From Octopus vulgaris (taxonomy: Eukaryota): 64,000 bases of DNA. The stretch's first letter is position 1, and each line of letters starts with the position of its first letter. Shown here piece by piece: positions 25,339 to 40,425 of the stretch. Below the pieces are notes generated by a model. That model saw only the letters and a program-made list of their open reading frames with translations, was not told the origin of the DNA and searched no databases. The stretch covers positions 81,592,001 through 81,656,000 of the forward strand of contig OX597820.1 of assembly GCA_951406725.2 (NCBI GenBank), given 5' to 3'. The position numbers and the translations under genes are program-made.

Positions 25339-28300
25339 CAGTAGTAGTAGTAGTAGTAGTAGTAAGGATTCTATATTGGGGAAATATGCCCTTACTGAAA
25401 TAATTTTGGCTTTGAAGTACTCTCACGAGAAGAAGGCAGTCTCTACCAAAGTAAGTAAAAAGCCACCAGATGCGGTATTAAAAGTTGTTAATGAAATTGT
25501 AGAGGAGTATTTACAGCAGTGTAATGAATCCACATTCTGGCAGATTAACGCCTGTCTATATACCCAGTCTACTACTGCAAAGCAGTACATGAACGACATT
25601 CAAAAAGTGAACAAAACCGAAACAACAAAGCAAGTACCATCATAGGTTTTGAAGATAGAGAGAAAGGTATCTGATTTACGGAAGACCATCAGTCATGCGA
25701 TGATGATTATTACGTGCAAACAAGTAAATCACTATATGTCTCAACAACAAAAACTGAAGAAGGATATAGAAGTGATGTTTGGAGATTGCAGAAAGGGGAC
25801 ACTCACTTGCAAACTAATCACACTCAAGTTGGAGCTAAAAGCTGTCAGTGAGAAACCTAGATACCAGAAGAGAATAACTGTTAAAAAATAATAAATTAAA
25901 AAATTTAACCGGAACCTGGCAGCAGTATACAGTGGCATGAGAGGAGAAGCAGTAACCATCACAGAAGCTCCTTAACGGGAAGACAGACTCCTTCTGGAAG
26001 GAACAAAAATAGTTTAAATAAGATACTCTGTGACTGGAAAAAATTCGAAGAAGTTATTGTCCCCGCATTACATCTATACAGTATTGATGGTTATACTCTT
26101 GTAACTGTGATGGAACTTCAGGATGGAAAAGCACCTGGAAGAGACTTCATTGTTGGATATTGCTACAAGAAACTAACCTTCTATCGACCATATCTTATCA
26201 ACTTATACCAGCAAGCTCTCAATGGGAACAATAGCAAAGAACACTAGTTAGCTCTGGCACAGACAAAACTGATCCCAAATGCAGAACCACCCACATGGCA
26301 ATAAATTAACGGCCAATTGCATGTCAGAACTTAATGTATAAAATATGTACAGCATGTTTAAACCTCTTCCTCCAAGACCATCGAGAATGCAATAACATTA
26401 TCACAGTAGAGCAAGCAGCTGGGAAGAAGGGAGTCTGGGGATGTGCCGAGCAATTGTTAATAAACAAAACCTTAATGTCAAAGGTACGGGAGCATAGAAT
26501 GGACCTAGTTTCAATGTGATTAAACTACAAGAAAGCCTTTATCTCTGTTCCTCACTCCTGGATGCTAGAAGCCCTTCAACTTGCTAAAGTTCCAGTGGGC
26601 ATAGTCAGAGCCATAGCTGATCTGACTTCATCATAGGCCACAAGGAATGACTGTATTATCACTCATAGAATACAGTATTGCAAAGGCATTTTCTAAGGGG
26701 ACAGCCTCTCTCTGATGGTGTTTATAATTTCTGTAAACTCCTTGTCATTCATGTTAAGGAAGTCTAAAGGATATCTAACTGGTTCACAAGGAAACAGAAA
26801 TACCAAAATTACTGTTTCTTTGTGGATGACTTGAAACTACATGCAAAGAATTTGCATGAGATGAAAGAGCTTTGGTTTAGTTACAAATCCCCAGAGGATA
26901 TAGGGCTGGAATTTTGTCAGGAGAAATGTTGCTATATGGTTGTGAAAAAAGGGAGAATTTTAAACCAGACTAGCAACATCTCTATCAATGACTTAACTGT
27001 TTCCCATATATCTGATGAGAAATGCTGTAGGTGTATAGGAGTGAATGAAAACATATCTTACAAGTGACGCTAGTAGAAAAAAACACCTGTCACTAAAGAA
27101 TATTGCAGCAGAATAAAGAAACTTTGTACCTCAGAACTTTCTGCATTCAATAAAATAGTGACCCACAATGTGTTTATAGTGCCAGTACTCATATCGACAT
27201 TTGAGCTGCTTGAGTGGATGCTTGGTGAGATGCGAGCCATTGATGTGAAAACCCGGAAGCACACATAAATTCCACATCAACAGTGACGTAGACCGCTTCT
27301 ACTTTAAAGGAAAACAAGGTCACAGAGACTTTGAATGTCGTATCATGTTCCTTCGGCAATATTTTTTATCCACTAAGTGTCGAAGTGCATCTCTTGACCA
27401 AGTTTTCATACATGAGGCTGATAACATCGTAATACTTGGAAGGCAGCTCTTTGGCCAGCATTCCTTGCCTGATAACCTTAAATACCTGCCAAAAGAAATC
27501 GCTTGACTCTACTGCTTCATATCATCAAATGAAAGGATGAGCGTATATGAGCAGAAGACCCCATGCATGGATATGTTAGTAGAAAGCTCTGAGATAATAG
27601 TAGCATTGATCATCAAAGCAGTCTGTCATGAAGCAACAACCGGATTACTACCTCCTACTTTGAAGGGTATGCGTTTGAAATTCAGGAACAGAAAATATCA
27701 ACCAAAAACCTGATGCACAAAAGGGAGGGAGATGCAGGAAAAGCAGTAAAATGTAACAACCGAAGCAGACTTTGTGGAGTTAACATCGAAGATATCTTCC
27801 ATATCATAAGCAGTTGTCCGAAAATTTCATCACGGTATTATCTACCGATGAGACATAATGTAACTAGGGCAGTATATAATGAAATACGTCCGAAGGATAA
27901 CTCCGACGTACAGTATGATAGAAGCCATAGCCACTTAGAATAAAATGGAGTACTGGTGGAATGTCCCAATGAAAGCCTCAATATGATGTAAACACAATAA
28001 AGGTGATATAATGATTTGGGATCGAAAACAGAAACTGTGTACAGTTGTGCAAATTAGCTGCCCAGCAGATGTTAACATGAAGCTGAAGATCAGTGATAAA
28101 GAGAATATTTACACTGAACTATTGAGAAATCTACAGTTACTCTATCCAGATTACGGGTTATATATCTCAATTCTGGGGGCATTGGGATATGTAACACACT
28201 GCCTAAGAATCAAACTTGAGAAATTAGGCTTCTCAAAATAAGAAAGGAGAAAGCTAATTCGAAGACTGCAAATCTAAGCCATCACTGGAACTGTAAAAAT

Positions 28301-28414
28301 CTGTAAAACTTTCCAGAAGTTTTCCATCTAAGTATACACGAACATGTCTAAATATGAAAGAATATGCATGATAATACACACACAAAACAAAACAAACATA
28401 CAAAACTGCACGTT
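24489..28414 (+). mobile_element. Near full-length, decayed R4/Dong-clade non-LTR retrotransposon (RT, zinc knuckle, RLE)
   Basis: 'KAPGRD', 'RPIACQNLMYKI', 'EQLLINK', 'YKKAFISVPHSWM', 'GIF*GDSLS', 'VDDLKL', 'SRLCGVNIEDIFHIISSCP', 'GDIMIWD..CTVVQISCPAD'; many stops and frameshifts. Confidence 0.9.
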
Positions 28415-28455
28415 TACATACATACATACACATACACACACACTTACATATATAC

Positions 28456-29010
28456 AATTAATAATATCAGAGTAATAAAGATTTTAGAAATTTTTACTAC
28501 CAGTGGCCTAGCGTATAGAAAAATTAGTCAATAGACTATATATTATTCATATAAAATACAGTGTACATTTAAACACATTAAGAGGTTTCAATCATAGGAA
28601 TCCTTTACGCTAGAGAGAACAGCTAAAGTCCAAACCACTAATTAGGGATAAATTCTAGAAGGGAATGAAAAATAAAAACATTTACCATCTCTTTCCTGGA
28701 CCATGGTTTCTGACTTATTCTAGTAAATAAAATAATTTACTATGGCGAAGTCTTCATCAACAGGGACGCCAAGATTAAATATATAAACACGAAGCCAATC
28801 CAGCAAGTGCCTCTTGCTTAAATATTTTAATTTTTTCCAAATCCACCGAGCAAGCGCAGTCTATCTTGTCGGCAGCAAAAAAAAGAAAAAGATGCCGGCA
28901 ATTTCTTCGAACGAATCTACCAGAAATCATTATAGATAATTAATAATATCAGAATAATACAGAGTTTGGAAATTTTAGAAGTTTTCATCAACAGGGACGC
29001 CAAGATTATA
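28456..29010 (-). mobile_element. HHR-bearing tandem unit (482-bp period), PLE terminal repeat or retrozyme-like
   Basis: AATTAATAATATCAGA at 28456 and 28938; TTCATCAACAGGGACGCCAAGATTA at about 28753 and 28984. Confidence 0.7.
28695..28764 (-). ncRNA. Type I hammerhead ribozyme (U3 variant)
   Basis: CCTG-TTGATGA-A-GACTT..TAGTAAAT/ATTTACTA..AAGTC-A-GAAA-CCATGG-TC-CAGG: palindromic stem III, GUC triplet, stem I CCTG/CAGG. Confidence 0.78.
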
Positions 29011-29749
29011 TATATAAATATGTCCCTGTTTATTCTTAATCATCAAACAGTCTTTTCTTCAGCGTTCAACCGCAAATTGTTTCCTCGTCTTTTCTCTCTT
29101 TCGTTTTCTCTCTGTACCCACTTCGACGGCTTTCGTTTTTTATATTTCTGTTATTATTTTCTCCGGCCATTTCTGTTATATAACCTTCAGCCTTTTCACC
29201 AGTGATATCAATTTCCTAATTTTAAATAGTTTTTCATTATTCGCACTGTTTTTTTTTAAATTTTAAATACCACATTCCTACAAGCTTCCCTTTCACTTCA
29301 CACTTACACATGCCACATCCTTCTCTTCTCCGCGCGTTCTTCTCAATACAACATAAATACACATATATACCCTCTTCCCACATCCCTCTATCTAACGTCG
29401 CAAAACTCCCACACATGCACACCCCCACATATATACAAACAACCAAATAAACCACAGGCACTTATACCATTGCATACATTTATGTCCATTTCTATACACG
29501 ACTACCCTTCTCTACATACACACACAATCGCCTTCTTTTTCGTCCTAAATTCCCACCAACCCTAGAACTGTATTTGCACCAGGATCCTAACCACTTTTTT
29601 TGTTTCGCCAGACACTGTTTGTCATTATTTATTATATCTGTTGAAGAGTCCGAAACGTCAAAGCTCCCTTTCTTGTTAAGCGTTAAACAAACATAACTTT
29701 ACTTAAAATTTGTCTATTTCGGATTGTCTTCTTGTGCTCATTGCCTTAT

Positions 29750-30215
29750 ATATGATCAATTGGAGAATATACCAGATTATTTTCCTTTTCCTAATTTTCT
29801 TGGGGTGAGGAGAGGGTGTTTGGGGTTCTTCCACATACATGAGCTTCTCAGAAAATTTCACTCCTTGCCAAAGCATTGCTGTAGTGGGGGACAGCCCTAT
29901 TAAAGATTTCCATGTTGACTGAGAGTTTAGACATCCGTTTGCTAATGCCTGAAATTAGCTTTCTAATTACAGCTGGGGGAAGGGGTTGAGCTCTTGTAGA
30001 TATATACCATCTTTTTGCTAGACTTCCTGAAGGGGTAGTAATTGTCCGTGTTCAGGGCTAAGGTTACGTGCAAGAAATCGACATCAGGTTAGTAGTAACC
30101 GTTAAGGACAGGCCAAACTTTTTGAATATGTTTATCAACTCCTTCCAGAAACTGTCCATGGCATGACCATTCATATGGCTTCAGGTAGCCAGGCCATCGT
30201 CCCTACAAAGGGCCG
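29750..30215 (-). mobile_element. Penelope-like (Naiad-type) RT thumb fragment
   Basis: 'VDFLHVTLALNTDNYYPFRK', 'ISKRMSKLS..EIFNRAVPHYSNAL', 'KIIWY'; homologous to 47800-48250. Confidence 0.75.
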
Positions 30216-30253
30216 ACCTAAGTGGATGTTTGTGTTGAATTTTCTATCATGGA

Positions 30254-30284
<31 letters not shown>

Positions 30285-30477
30285 CACGCACGCACGCACA
30301 AACACACATGTATATGCATCCATCCATCCATCCAACTATCTATCTATCTATATACATATACCTTCGTATATGAGTATGTTGAAGTGTATATATATGATTA
30401 TATATGTATATATATCACCGTGACCGACCAGGATGACCGACTGGTCACAATGACGCCACCCCGCTGGCTAAGCCAAC

Positions 30478-30663
30478 AGAAGAAAGAGTGGGAGAAAAAA
30501 GTGGTGAAAGAGTACAGCAGGGATCACCACCCCCTGCCGGAGCCTCGTGGAGCTTTTAGGTGCTTTTCGCTCAATAAACACTCACAACGCCCGGTCTGGG
30601 AATCGAAACTGCGATCCTACGACCGCGAGTCCGCTGCCCTAACCACTGGGCCATTGCGCCTCC
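30478..30663 (-). mobile_element. SINE family D, 5' part
   Basis: Same head as 63495-63876 (TGGCCCAGTGG A box, TTCGATTCCC B box). Confidence 0.85.
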
Positions 30664-30680
30664 ACATGTATGTGTGTGTG

Positions 30681-30760
<80 letters not shown>

Positions 30761-31546
30761 TGTGTGCTTGTGTGTGTGTGAATGTACGTGAATAGATTGA
30801 TGGATAGGTTGATTGATTGATTGATTGAGTGATAGTCTATCACATATTTTATATATGAATCCGTTTGTTTTTGTAAGTTAATGTGTGAAGTGTTAGGTCC
30901 CCAGTAATACATTTCATTAGGGAAACTGAAATGAATGAATATCAGATCTCCAGTCCAGTAATCCTGAAGTGGTTGATGACCGGATCTCTAGACTGTTCAC
31001 ATTGTTAGCGGTTGATTGTTAGGTTCCAGAAAACAAGAATTGAAGTGGATGGTTCCCAGTATCAATTTTCCGGGAGTGGAAAATACTATAGTATTGAAAC
31101 AATAATCTTAAAATTCTTGTAATGGCATTCGTGAGCCAGGTGGTGTTGTAGGTTGGGTGGATTGTTAAGCATAGAATTGGCAGGCCAACTGTTGAAATAC
31201 TTCAACATCAATCTATGGAAAAACAGTGCCGCTTGCATCTGTACATATAGCTGTTATTTTATTGTCTTTCTTCTTTTGATTTCAATATATATCCACCCGC
31301 CACATGCACACCCATTCACACTTTGAAGGAAGTCAAAAGATAAACAGGAATAAAACTAAGCAGCAAAAATAACAACAATAAAAAGAGTTAAAAGATAAAG
31401 AGATTGTTGATTTTCTGCCAGTGGAGGGAGAGGATTTGACATACCAAAGTGTTCTTCTTTAGTTTTATATTTTCAGTCACTGGTTGCCAAGAAATAAAAA
31501 CAGTTCCGTACAAACGCAAAACCTAAAAGCATATACACATATTTCC

Positions 31547-32120
<574 letters not shown>

Positions 32121-33242
32121 TATACAAGCTGCGCGCGTGTCTGTATGCATATGTATGCGTGTAATGGTTTGTTTCCAAAATGTATGCTTATCATGTACGA
32201 AAAAGAAATTAAGATAAGGAGACCACCAGAAGGAATGTGAATGATTTTTAAATACGTACATGTAGTTTTGTTCACTTATACTTTCATTAACATAAGTATT
32301 TATTGGCTCTAAATATAATTCGAAATGTATAAATGATTACATACACTTATTCAAAGTGAAGTACATTCTCCCTCTCATGCGTTGTTAGTGTATATTTATA
32401 TAAACTTTCCCCCACCCACACATTTGGAGTAAGTAAGTGCTTGAGGGAATGAGTAGACATTAAGAAACACAATTTTAAACGTCATTCGATTTCAATTTTA
32501 CGATAAATCCGGCTTTCCTTTCACTACTGAGTCACAAACTCAGTAAGTGTTCCGTAGGTATTCTTAAGCGAGCTTTAGAATAATAACCGTAGTTTTATAC
32601 AAATCCACACACACGTACACATTTGCAGAGAACACGTACGCAGATACTTGCAGAAGAAGCGTTAATTTATGTAGTCAGGTCATAAAGTCTGAGTATTCTT
32701 TAATACAGTATAACTGAGCTTCATATATCGTTACTAGTGCACTAAGTCTGGCGTGCAAGCATGAAAATCAATTGTACTGAATCATTTTCTAAAAGGAAGG
32801 CGAGAAAAGGTGATTTAGTATTGTAAACGTAAGAAAGCAAACCCATGACTTCTAAATAATGCTTAATATCTGGAATATGAAAGTGGAATTGGAAAAGAAA
32901 CTCATGTTCCCAAACCATATTGGAAAATGGAAGCAGGGAACAGACCTTATGACATAAAGATAATTTGAAAAGCAACACTTAAGGACTCATCTAAGGTACA
33001 GTGGTGCTAGAATATGCTTCTTTAAGTGTAGATGAGATGTGGTTGGTAGCACTACCATGAAATACTTATCGAAGGAACCCTAAGGTCGGAAACTGTCAAA
33101 ATCTGGATCTCCGGTCACCAGTTGATTAAAGCAAAGCAAAACATCGCTGTGCAAACAGTACCAGTATGAAAACTGTAACATATGAGCGTGTACATGTGTG
33201 CTTGCGCCCGCGTGGTCGCATGAATATCACACACACGTGTGC

Positions 33243-33285
<43 letters not shown>

Positions 33286-33488
33286 TAAATATATATATAT
33301 AACCTGAAAACTGGAAATTATGTAGTGACCGTTAGGTGGTCCCTATTGATGTCTCTTTACTGAACTTTTGGCTATCCGCGAATATCCTCAAAATTTCCCG
33401 GAGCATATTTACAACCATTTATAGGAGACCGTTTTGCAGAAATGCGGTTAAATAATAATAGCTGGCGAAAAAAAAAATCACTCTAAAG

Positions 33489-35606
33489 CATAGCTTCCCA
33501 AAGTGGGCTATTTCAGCTAAAAGGTGGGCAATGGGCGAATTTGTAGAAGATAGTAAGCAATTTGAGATTTTGGTGGGCGATATGAACATTTTGTGGGTGA
33601 CAATGAATTTTAGAAAGTAAGAGTAGAATAAGGATGCACTTTTATTGATTTGACTACTCGCATGAGACGTCACTTTGTATTAAAAAAGCGGACTTGCTTA
33701 TCGATCGAATATTTTTGTCGCAGTCATTGAGATGGTTGTCATGTGTCCTAAAAATAGCAGCCAAATAGGTCAAAGCCTTAAATCACACGCCACCACAATT
33801 TTTTTTAGTTTTTTTTTTGTTATAATCGTATGAAGTCCAGTGTATTGAATTCAAATTCGCAAAAAATTTCTGAAAACTCCGAAAGATAAAAAGTTATAAG
33901 GGATTATACGTTGTGCGTAATTCTGTGGTTTCATATCAAAACACAAGTGCTATTTCCAGGATGTTGACAAAATGTGCAGACACGCACAAAATGACAGCTT
34001 TGAAATCGTGTTTCTTGACTGGGTGAAAATGATCAAGCTGTAAACCTCTATAACCTTTTAAAAACATTTTTCTGGAAAAAGTTGAAGAATTCCAGCAATT
34101 TAGCTTGGAGAGGTACATTAATGTGCCAAATTCTAAAGTTTTCGATAGACTTCAATTTTTGAAATGTTGGCAGTGAAACGAACTAGATACGTATTTTGTC
34201 CATTAAAGACATATCATCTGACTCTGCTCTACCGACTTCTTCTCTTTGGGAATACCATACTGCCTTTCTGATGCCGTCTGTAGAAATTCGTTTTCGCATT
34301 TTAGTAGTGATTATTTATCGTTTGGATTTATTCCCTCTCCTCAGAACTGTCAGTTACCAATGTGCCTTCTTTGCCATCAAATATTGACCAACGAAGCAAT
34401 GAAACCTTCACGCTTGATGTATCATTTTGATGCAAAGCATTCTGACAAGAAGGACAAGCCGTTATACTTTTTGCAACTGAGTTCCTCTTTCAAAAAGCAA
34501 ACACAAACATTCAACATGCTACTCCAGAAAACTAGTAAACAGGAGAATGATGGCTGATTGCATTGTACAACATTACATGGCTTGTTGCTAAGTCTGGGAA
34601 GTCTCACATAATTGGAGAAACATTATTTCGCCCAGTTATTGAAGAGGTTTTGTCAATCGTTATGCATGAAAAACCCGATTATGAAAATCCCACTTAGTAA
34701 TAACACAATTTCTTGACGCATTGATGAAATGGCCAATGATGTCAAACATCAGCTCATTAATATTCTCCAGCATTCTGAATTTTCTATACAAGTGGATGAG
34801 TCAACTGTGGTGGACAATCAATGTTTGATGATGATGATGTATGTTTGGTATTTCAGCGATGACCTTCAACCTTGTGAGGAAATTCTGTTCACAGATAAAT
34901 TGCTGCTTGATTCAAAAAGTGCAACTATTTTTCTCACTATCCTTTTTGAACAGAATATCCCACTAAGTAATATTCTTACCTGTGTGTCTGATGGAGCTCC
35001 TTCGATGATTGAAAGATACAGAGGTTTTTCATCTCTCTTAAAGCGTGAAATTTCCCACCAGATACTAACTGTTCATTACTTGACACACTGGCAAATAATA
35101 TGAACAGTTGATTGAATGATGCGCTACAGTTAGTTATCAAGACTGTGGACAAATTGAAGTCCAGTCCCTTGTCTGATCGAATTTCCCGTCAACTCTGAGA
35201 AATGATGAGGACCATACTCAACTCATATACCATGCCAAAGTGTGGTAGCTGTTAAAGGGAAACTGTGTTTTACGCTTTCTTGAACTGTTTCATATAATCA
35301 TATCTTTCTTTGATGATACTCCACTATCCACTTCATTGATGGCTGCAAGGTGCTATGTCTTTTTTCTTTGTGATATATTCACAAAATTAAACGATTTGAA
35401 TAAGTTATTGCAAGGAAACAGAAAAACACTCGTTGACTGTAAATCATTTATCACTACCTTCATTTCGAAATTGGTTTTCCTATGGAATTTTGTGTTGGGG
35501 CAGGGTCGTCATGGATTTTTTTTTTTACACAGGTGGGAAATGGAGCATTTTTTGGCTGATAGGTGGGCGTTATTGCAATTTGGCGTGAAAAGTTTGTGAA
35601 ACACTG
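33489..35606 (+). mobile_element. hAT (Buster/Charlie-type) DNA transposon with both ends and 8-bp TSD; transposase decayed
   Basis: CTCTAAAG at 33481-33488 and 35607-35614; TIRs CATAGCTTCCCAAAGT / AGTTTGTGAAACACTG; BED finger 'PMCLLCHQILTNEAMKPSRLMYHFDAKH', 'FSIQVDEST', 'SDGAPSM'. Confidence 0.9.
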
Positions 35607-35640
35607 CTCTAAAGTAACTCAAAGATAACTTAAAATATAT

Positions 35641-35873
35641 ATTTCTTTATTGCCCACAAGGGGCTAAACATAGAGAGGACAAACAAGGACAGACAAAGGG
35701 ATTAAGTCGATTACATCGACCCCAGTGCGAAACTGGTACTTTTATTTATCGACCCCGAAAGGACGAAAGGCAAAGTCGACCTCGGCGGAATTTGAACTCA
35801 GAACGTAACGACAGACGAAATACCGCTAAGCATTCCGCCCGCCGCGCTAACGTGTTTGCCAGCTCGCCGCCTT
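35641..35873 (-). mobile_element. SINE family B, full length with 19-bp TSD
   Basis: AAGATAACTTAAAATATAT at 35622-35640 and 35874-35892; B box GAGTTCAAATTCC. Confidence 0.92.
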
Positions 35874-36542
35874 AAGATAACTTAAAATATATGTTTGTTG
35901 CACTTGTATAGGATATACTTTTCCTTTAAATGTTTTAGATTTGTCTGAAATCCAAATATATTGAACTAAATAATCGAACAGACGTTTTTCAACTACGGTG
36001 AATATGTTTAACATCAATCACATTCAGCATCAGACACATCAAAGTTGACAAGCACACACAACACACACACATACTGAAAATAGCAGCCAGAGCTGTTAAC
36101 AGTGAAACTTTAATAATGTAGTTCCTGATACATAGATGACAGGATTAATATTGATATCCTACTAGATTTTATTGTAACTCTGTTAATCGCTTTTTTTCTG
36201 TAATTTAATTGATAAATTATTTATAACATTCATTTCAGTGATTCCAGTCGACTAGTAAAATTTTGGACATGCAAATTGAGAATGTGTAGTATTATTATTT
36301 TAACTATTTTCGTATAACACTATTTTCCACACAACAATGTGTATCAACATTATCATGCCTTTGCAGTACTGCTGATGAAAGCATTATGTGTGCATGAATA
36401 CTTCACTGTTAGCAGCACGATTGTACTCGAATATATGAAATATGGTGTTTACGTGGTACAATATGTAGCTTTCCAAGGTCTTTTGAAATGCCGAAATTCC
36501 AGAATCTCTATTGACCTCAACTTTATTTATTAGGCTCTGAGT

Positions 36543-37872
<1,330 letters not shown>

Positions 37873-38799
37873 ACTACTACTATCATCATCATGACCACCA
37901 TCATCAATATTACTACAAATATCATCACAATCATCCTTATCTCATCACCTTCACCAATGCTACAGCCAACATGATCACCGCCACTTCTAAAAACTCCACC
38001 AAACTTATCACCACCACCACCACCAAGAACACCCCTCAACCACCACCATTTATTATCAACAGCGTTTTCATTCTCTCCTACTTCCCTACTGTGTGATGAG
38101 TTTGTTTGGTGTAAATATCTGAAATATCGATTAATCCAGTAAGTAATGGAAGGACCAGAGAAAATTCTGGGATTATCGGGAAAATTCCAAAATAAGAATA
38201 TTTTGGAATGTTTAGCAACTATACAGAGTTGGGTGTGAGCTGGAGTAAATCCCAGAAGTTTTGCTTTACATAAATAACAGAAAAAATTGTGCATGAAAGG
38301 AATGTAAATGTGATTGTTGTTAGAGTTGATGGTGGTGTGGATATTGTTGCTGCTGGCTGTGGTAGTTGTGATAGCAATGGTAGTGTACGTGGTGTTGGTA
38401 TTGGTGATAATAGTGACTATGATAGAGGTGGGGTGGTGGTGGCAGTGATGGTTGTGGTAGTGGTGGTATTAGCGATGCCAGTAGTGATGGTGATATTGGC
38501 GGTGTAATTTTCGTTGATGGTGACATTACTGTTTTCTTCATTACAGCGGATTTGATGGCAAATAAAATGCACTTTTTAACAAAATATTGTTTCAAAAATG
38601 TCAACGTGGGTTCTATATAGGAAGCTTGCTAATTTTATCCTTGACTCTCAATTTTACCTAAAATCTAGGATGCGTCTAATATGCCCTCCAATAAGGTAAT
38701 TTGCTTTCTTAATACGAATTATATTCCATTTACGTTTATGACAGCTCATCTTGGTGATTCTTGCAGATACTGTCCCTCTCTGTAAAACAAAACTCGTGC

Positions 38800-40425
38800 A
38801 GCCAACTTAGAAAAGACAACTAGATAAGAACTCAGTCACTGGAAAATGAACGCGTCCTTTTTGGCACGGACAGGTTTGGGGGACTTGATTAGACACTAGC
38901 AATGGGTATGGCGCTCGACTATTTCTTCGACATGAAACAAGAAGATTGTGTTGTCCGAGTTAGAGTGTATGCGTTGAAATATGAATACACAAAAGGACTG
39001 GATTATGGAGGAGTGCTTTTTGATTGCAAACAAATGAGCGTGGTGTTGCAGCCGCACTATGCTGAACTCTTTTTGAGAAGCGGCGAACTTGAGTAACTGG
39101 GCAGTGAAAGAAGCCGATTTCAGTGGAGAAAGTAGCAGATGTTGTTTGCAAAACATCAGAATTGTATGGTTTTCTGTATGAGCTATATTTCAACATGCCA
39201 AACTTGTTCGATTATTGGCAGGCGTATACTACAGCTGGTGGCATACTAAGAGCAGTTTAACAGTGTGATACTGCCGAGGAAGGATCCAAATAAGGGTGGA
39301 AAATGTCAGACTCATAACTCTGCTCAACAGGATTACAAATTTGCGGGAATGTTACTCACCAAGACGCTTCCACATGTACGTAGTGTAGTGGGAGACGTAG
39401 AAACCTGCGCAACCTCCGGTAGATCTATCAACGACAATAGCCACCTGATGCGATACACTGTGGGGCGGGCCGGCAATAGATCTGGATTTTGCAGGTCACT
39501 GGTTAGTATGGATCAGTCCAAAACATTCGACATCGCTATTTGAAAGCTGTTCTAAGATCAGTCAGAGGGTAGAGAGGGAGATGCTGCCTTCTAGAGTGTT
39601 TATCGAAAGTTGGATGCAAAGAAATGGGGAGAGGGTATTTTCTATACCTTGGAGATGCCAGAATAATCCGGACATTTTTTTTGTTCGGTTGGCTTTGAAT
39701 TACCTGAAGTTGACTGTTCAGTTATCAAGGAATTTTTGCGCGTTGGAGATTTTTTGAACTTTATTTTTTATATCTTTTGTTAGATCACTTTGTTAAATAT
39801 TTGTTATTGATATCGTTTTGATCGATCTACGAATACACTCCATTTTTTGTGTGTAGTACTGCATTATCCTCAAAGTCTTCAGTCCTGCGCAACCTCCGGT
39901 AGATCTATCAACGACAATAGCCACCTGATGCGATACACTGTGGGGCGGGCCGGCAATAGATCTGGATTTTGCAGGTCACTGGTTAGTATGGATCAGTCCA
40001 AAGCATTCGACATCGCTATTTGAAAGCTGTTCTAAGATCAGTCAGAGGGTAGAGAGGGAGATGCTGCCTTCTAGAGTGTTTATCGAAAGTTGGATGCAAA
40101 GAAATGGGAAGAGGGTATTTTCTATACCTTGGAGATGCCAGAATAATCCGGACATTTTTTTTGTTCGGTTGGCTTTGAATTACCTGAAGTTGACTGTTCA
40201 GTTATCAAGGAATTTTTGCGCGTTGGAGATTTTTTGAACTTTATTTTTTATATCTTTTGTTAGATCTCTTTGTTAAATATTTGTTATTGATATCGTTTTG
40301 ATCGATCTACGAATACACTCCATTTTTTGTGTGTAGTACTGCATTATCCTCAAAGTCTTCAGTCCTTATAACCAATAAAAGAATTTATCATCATCATCAT
40401 CGTATCGTCATCATCATCATCATCA
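38800..40425 (+). mobile_element. Tx1/L1-group LINE relic (RT part joined to 3' end)
   Basis: 'VILPRKDPNKG', 'DYKF', 'GRSINDNSHLMR', 'SMDQSKTFD'; AATAAA followed by a (TCA)n tail at 40373-40425. Confidence 0.7.
39404..40366 (+). repeat. 480-bp head-to-tail tandem duplication
   Basis: 39404-39883 versus 39884-40363 differ at only three positions by eye; CCT microhomology at the junction. Confidence 0.95.
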
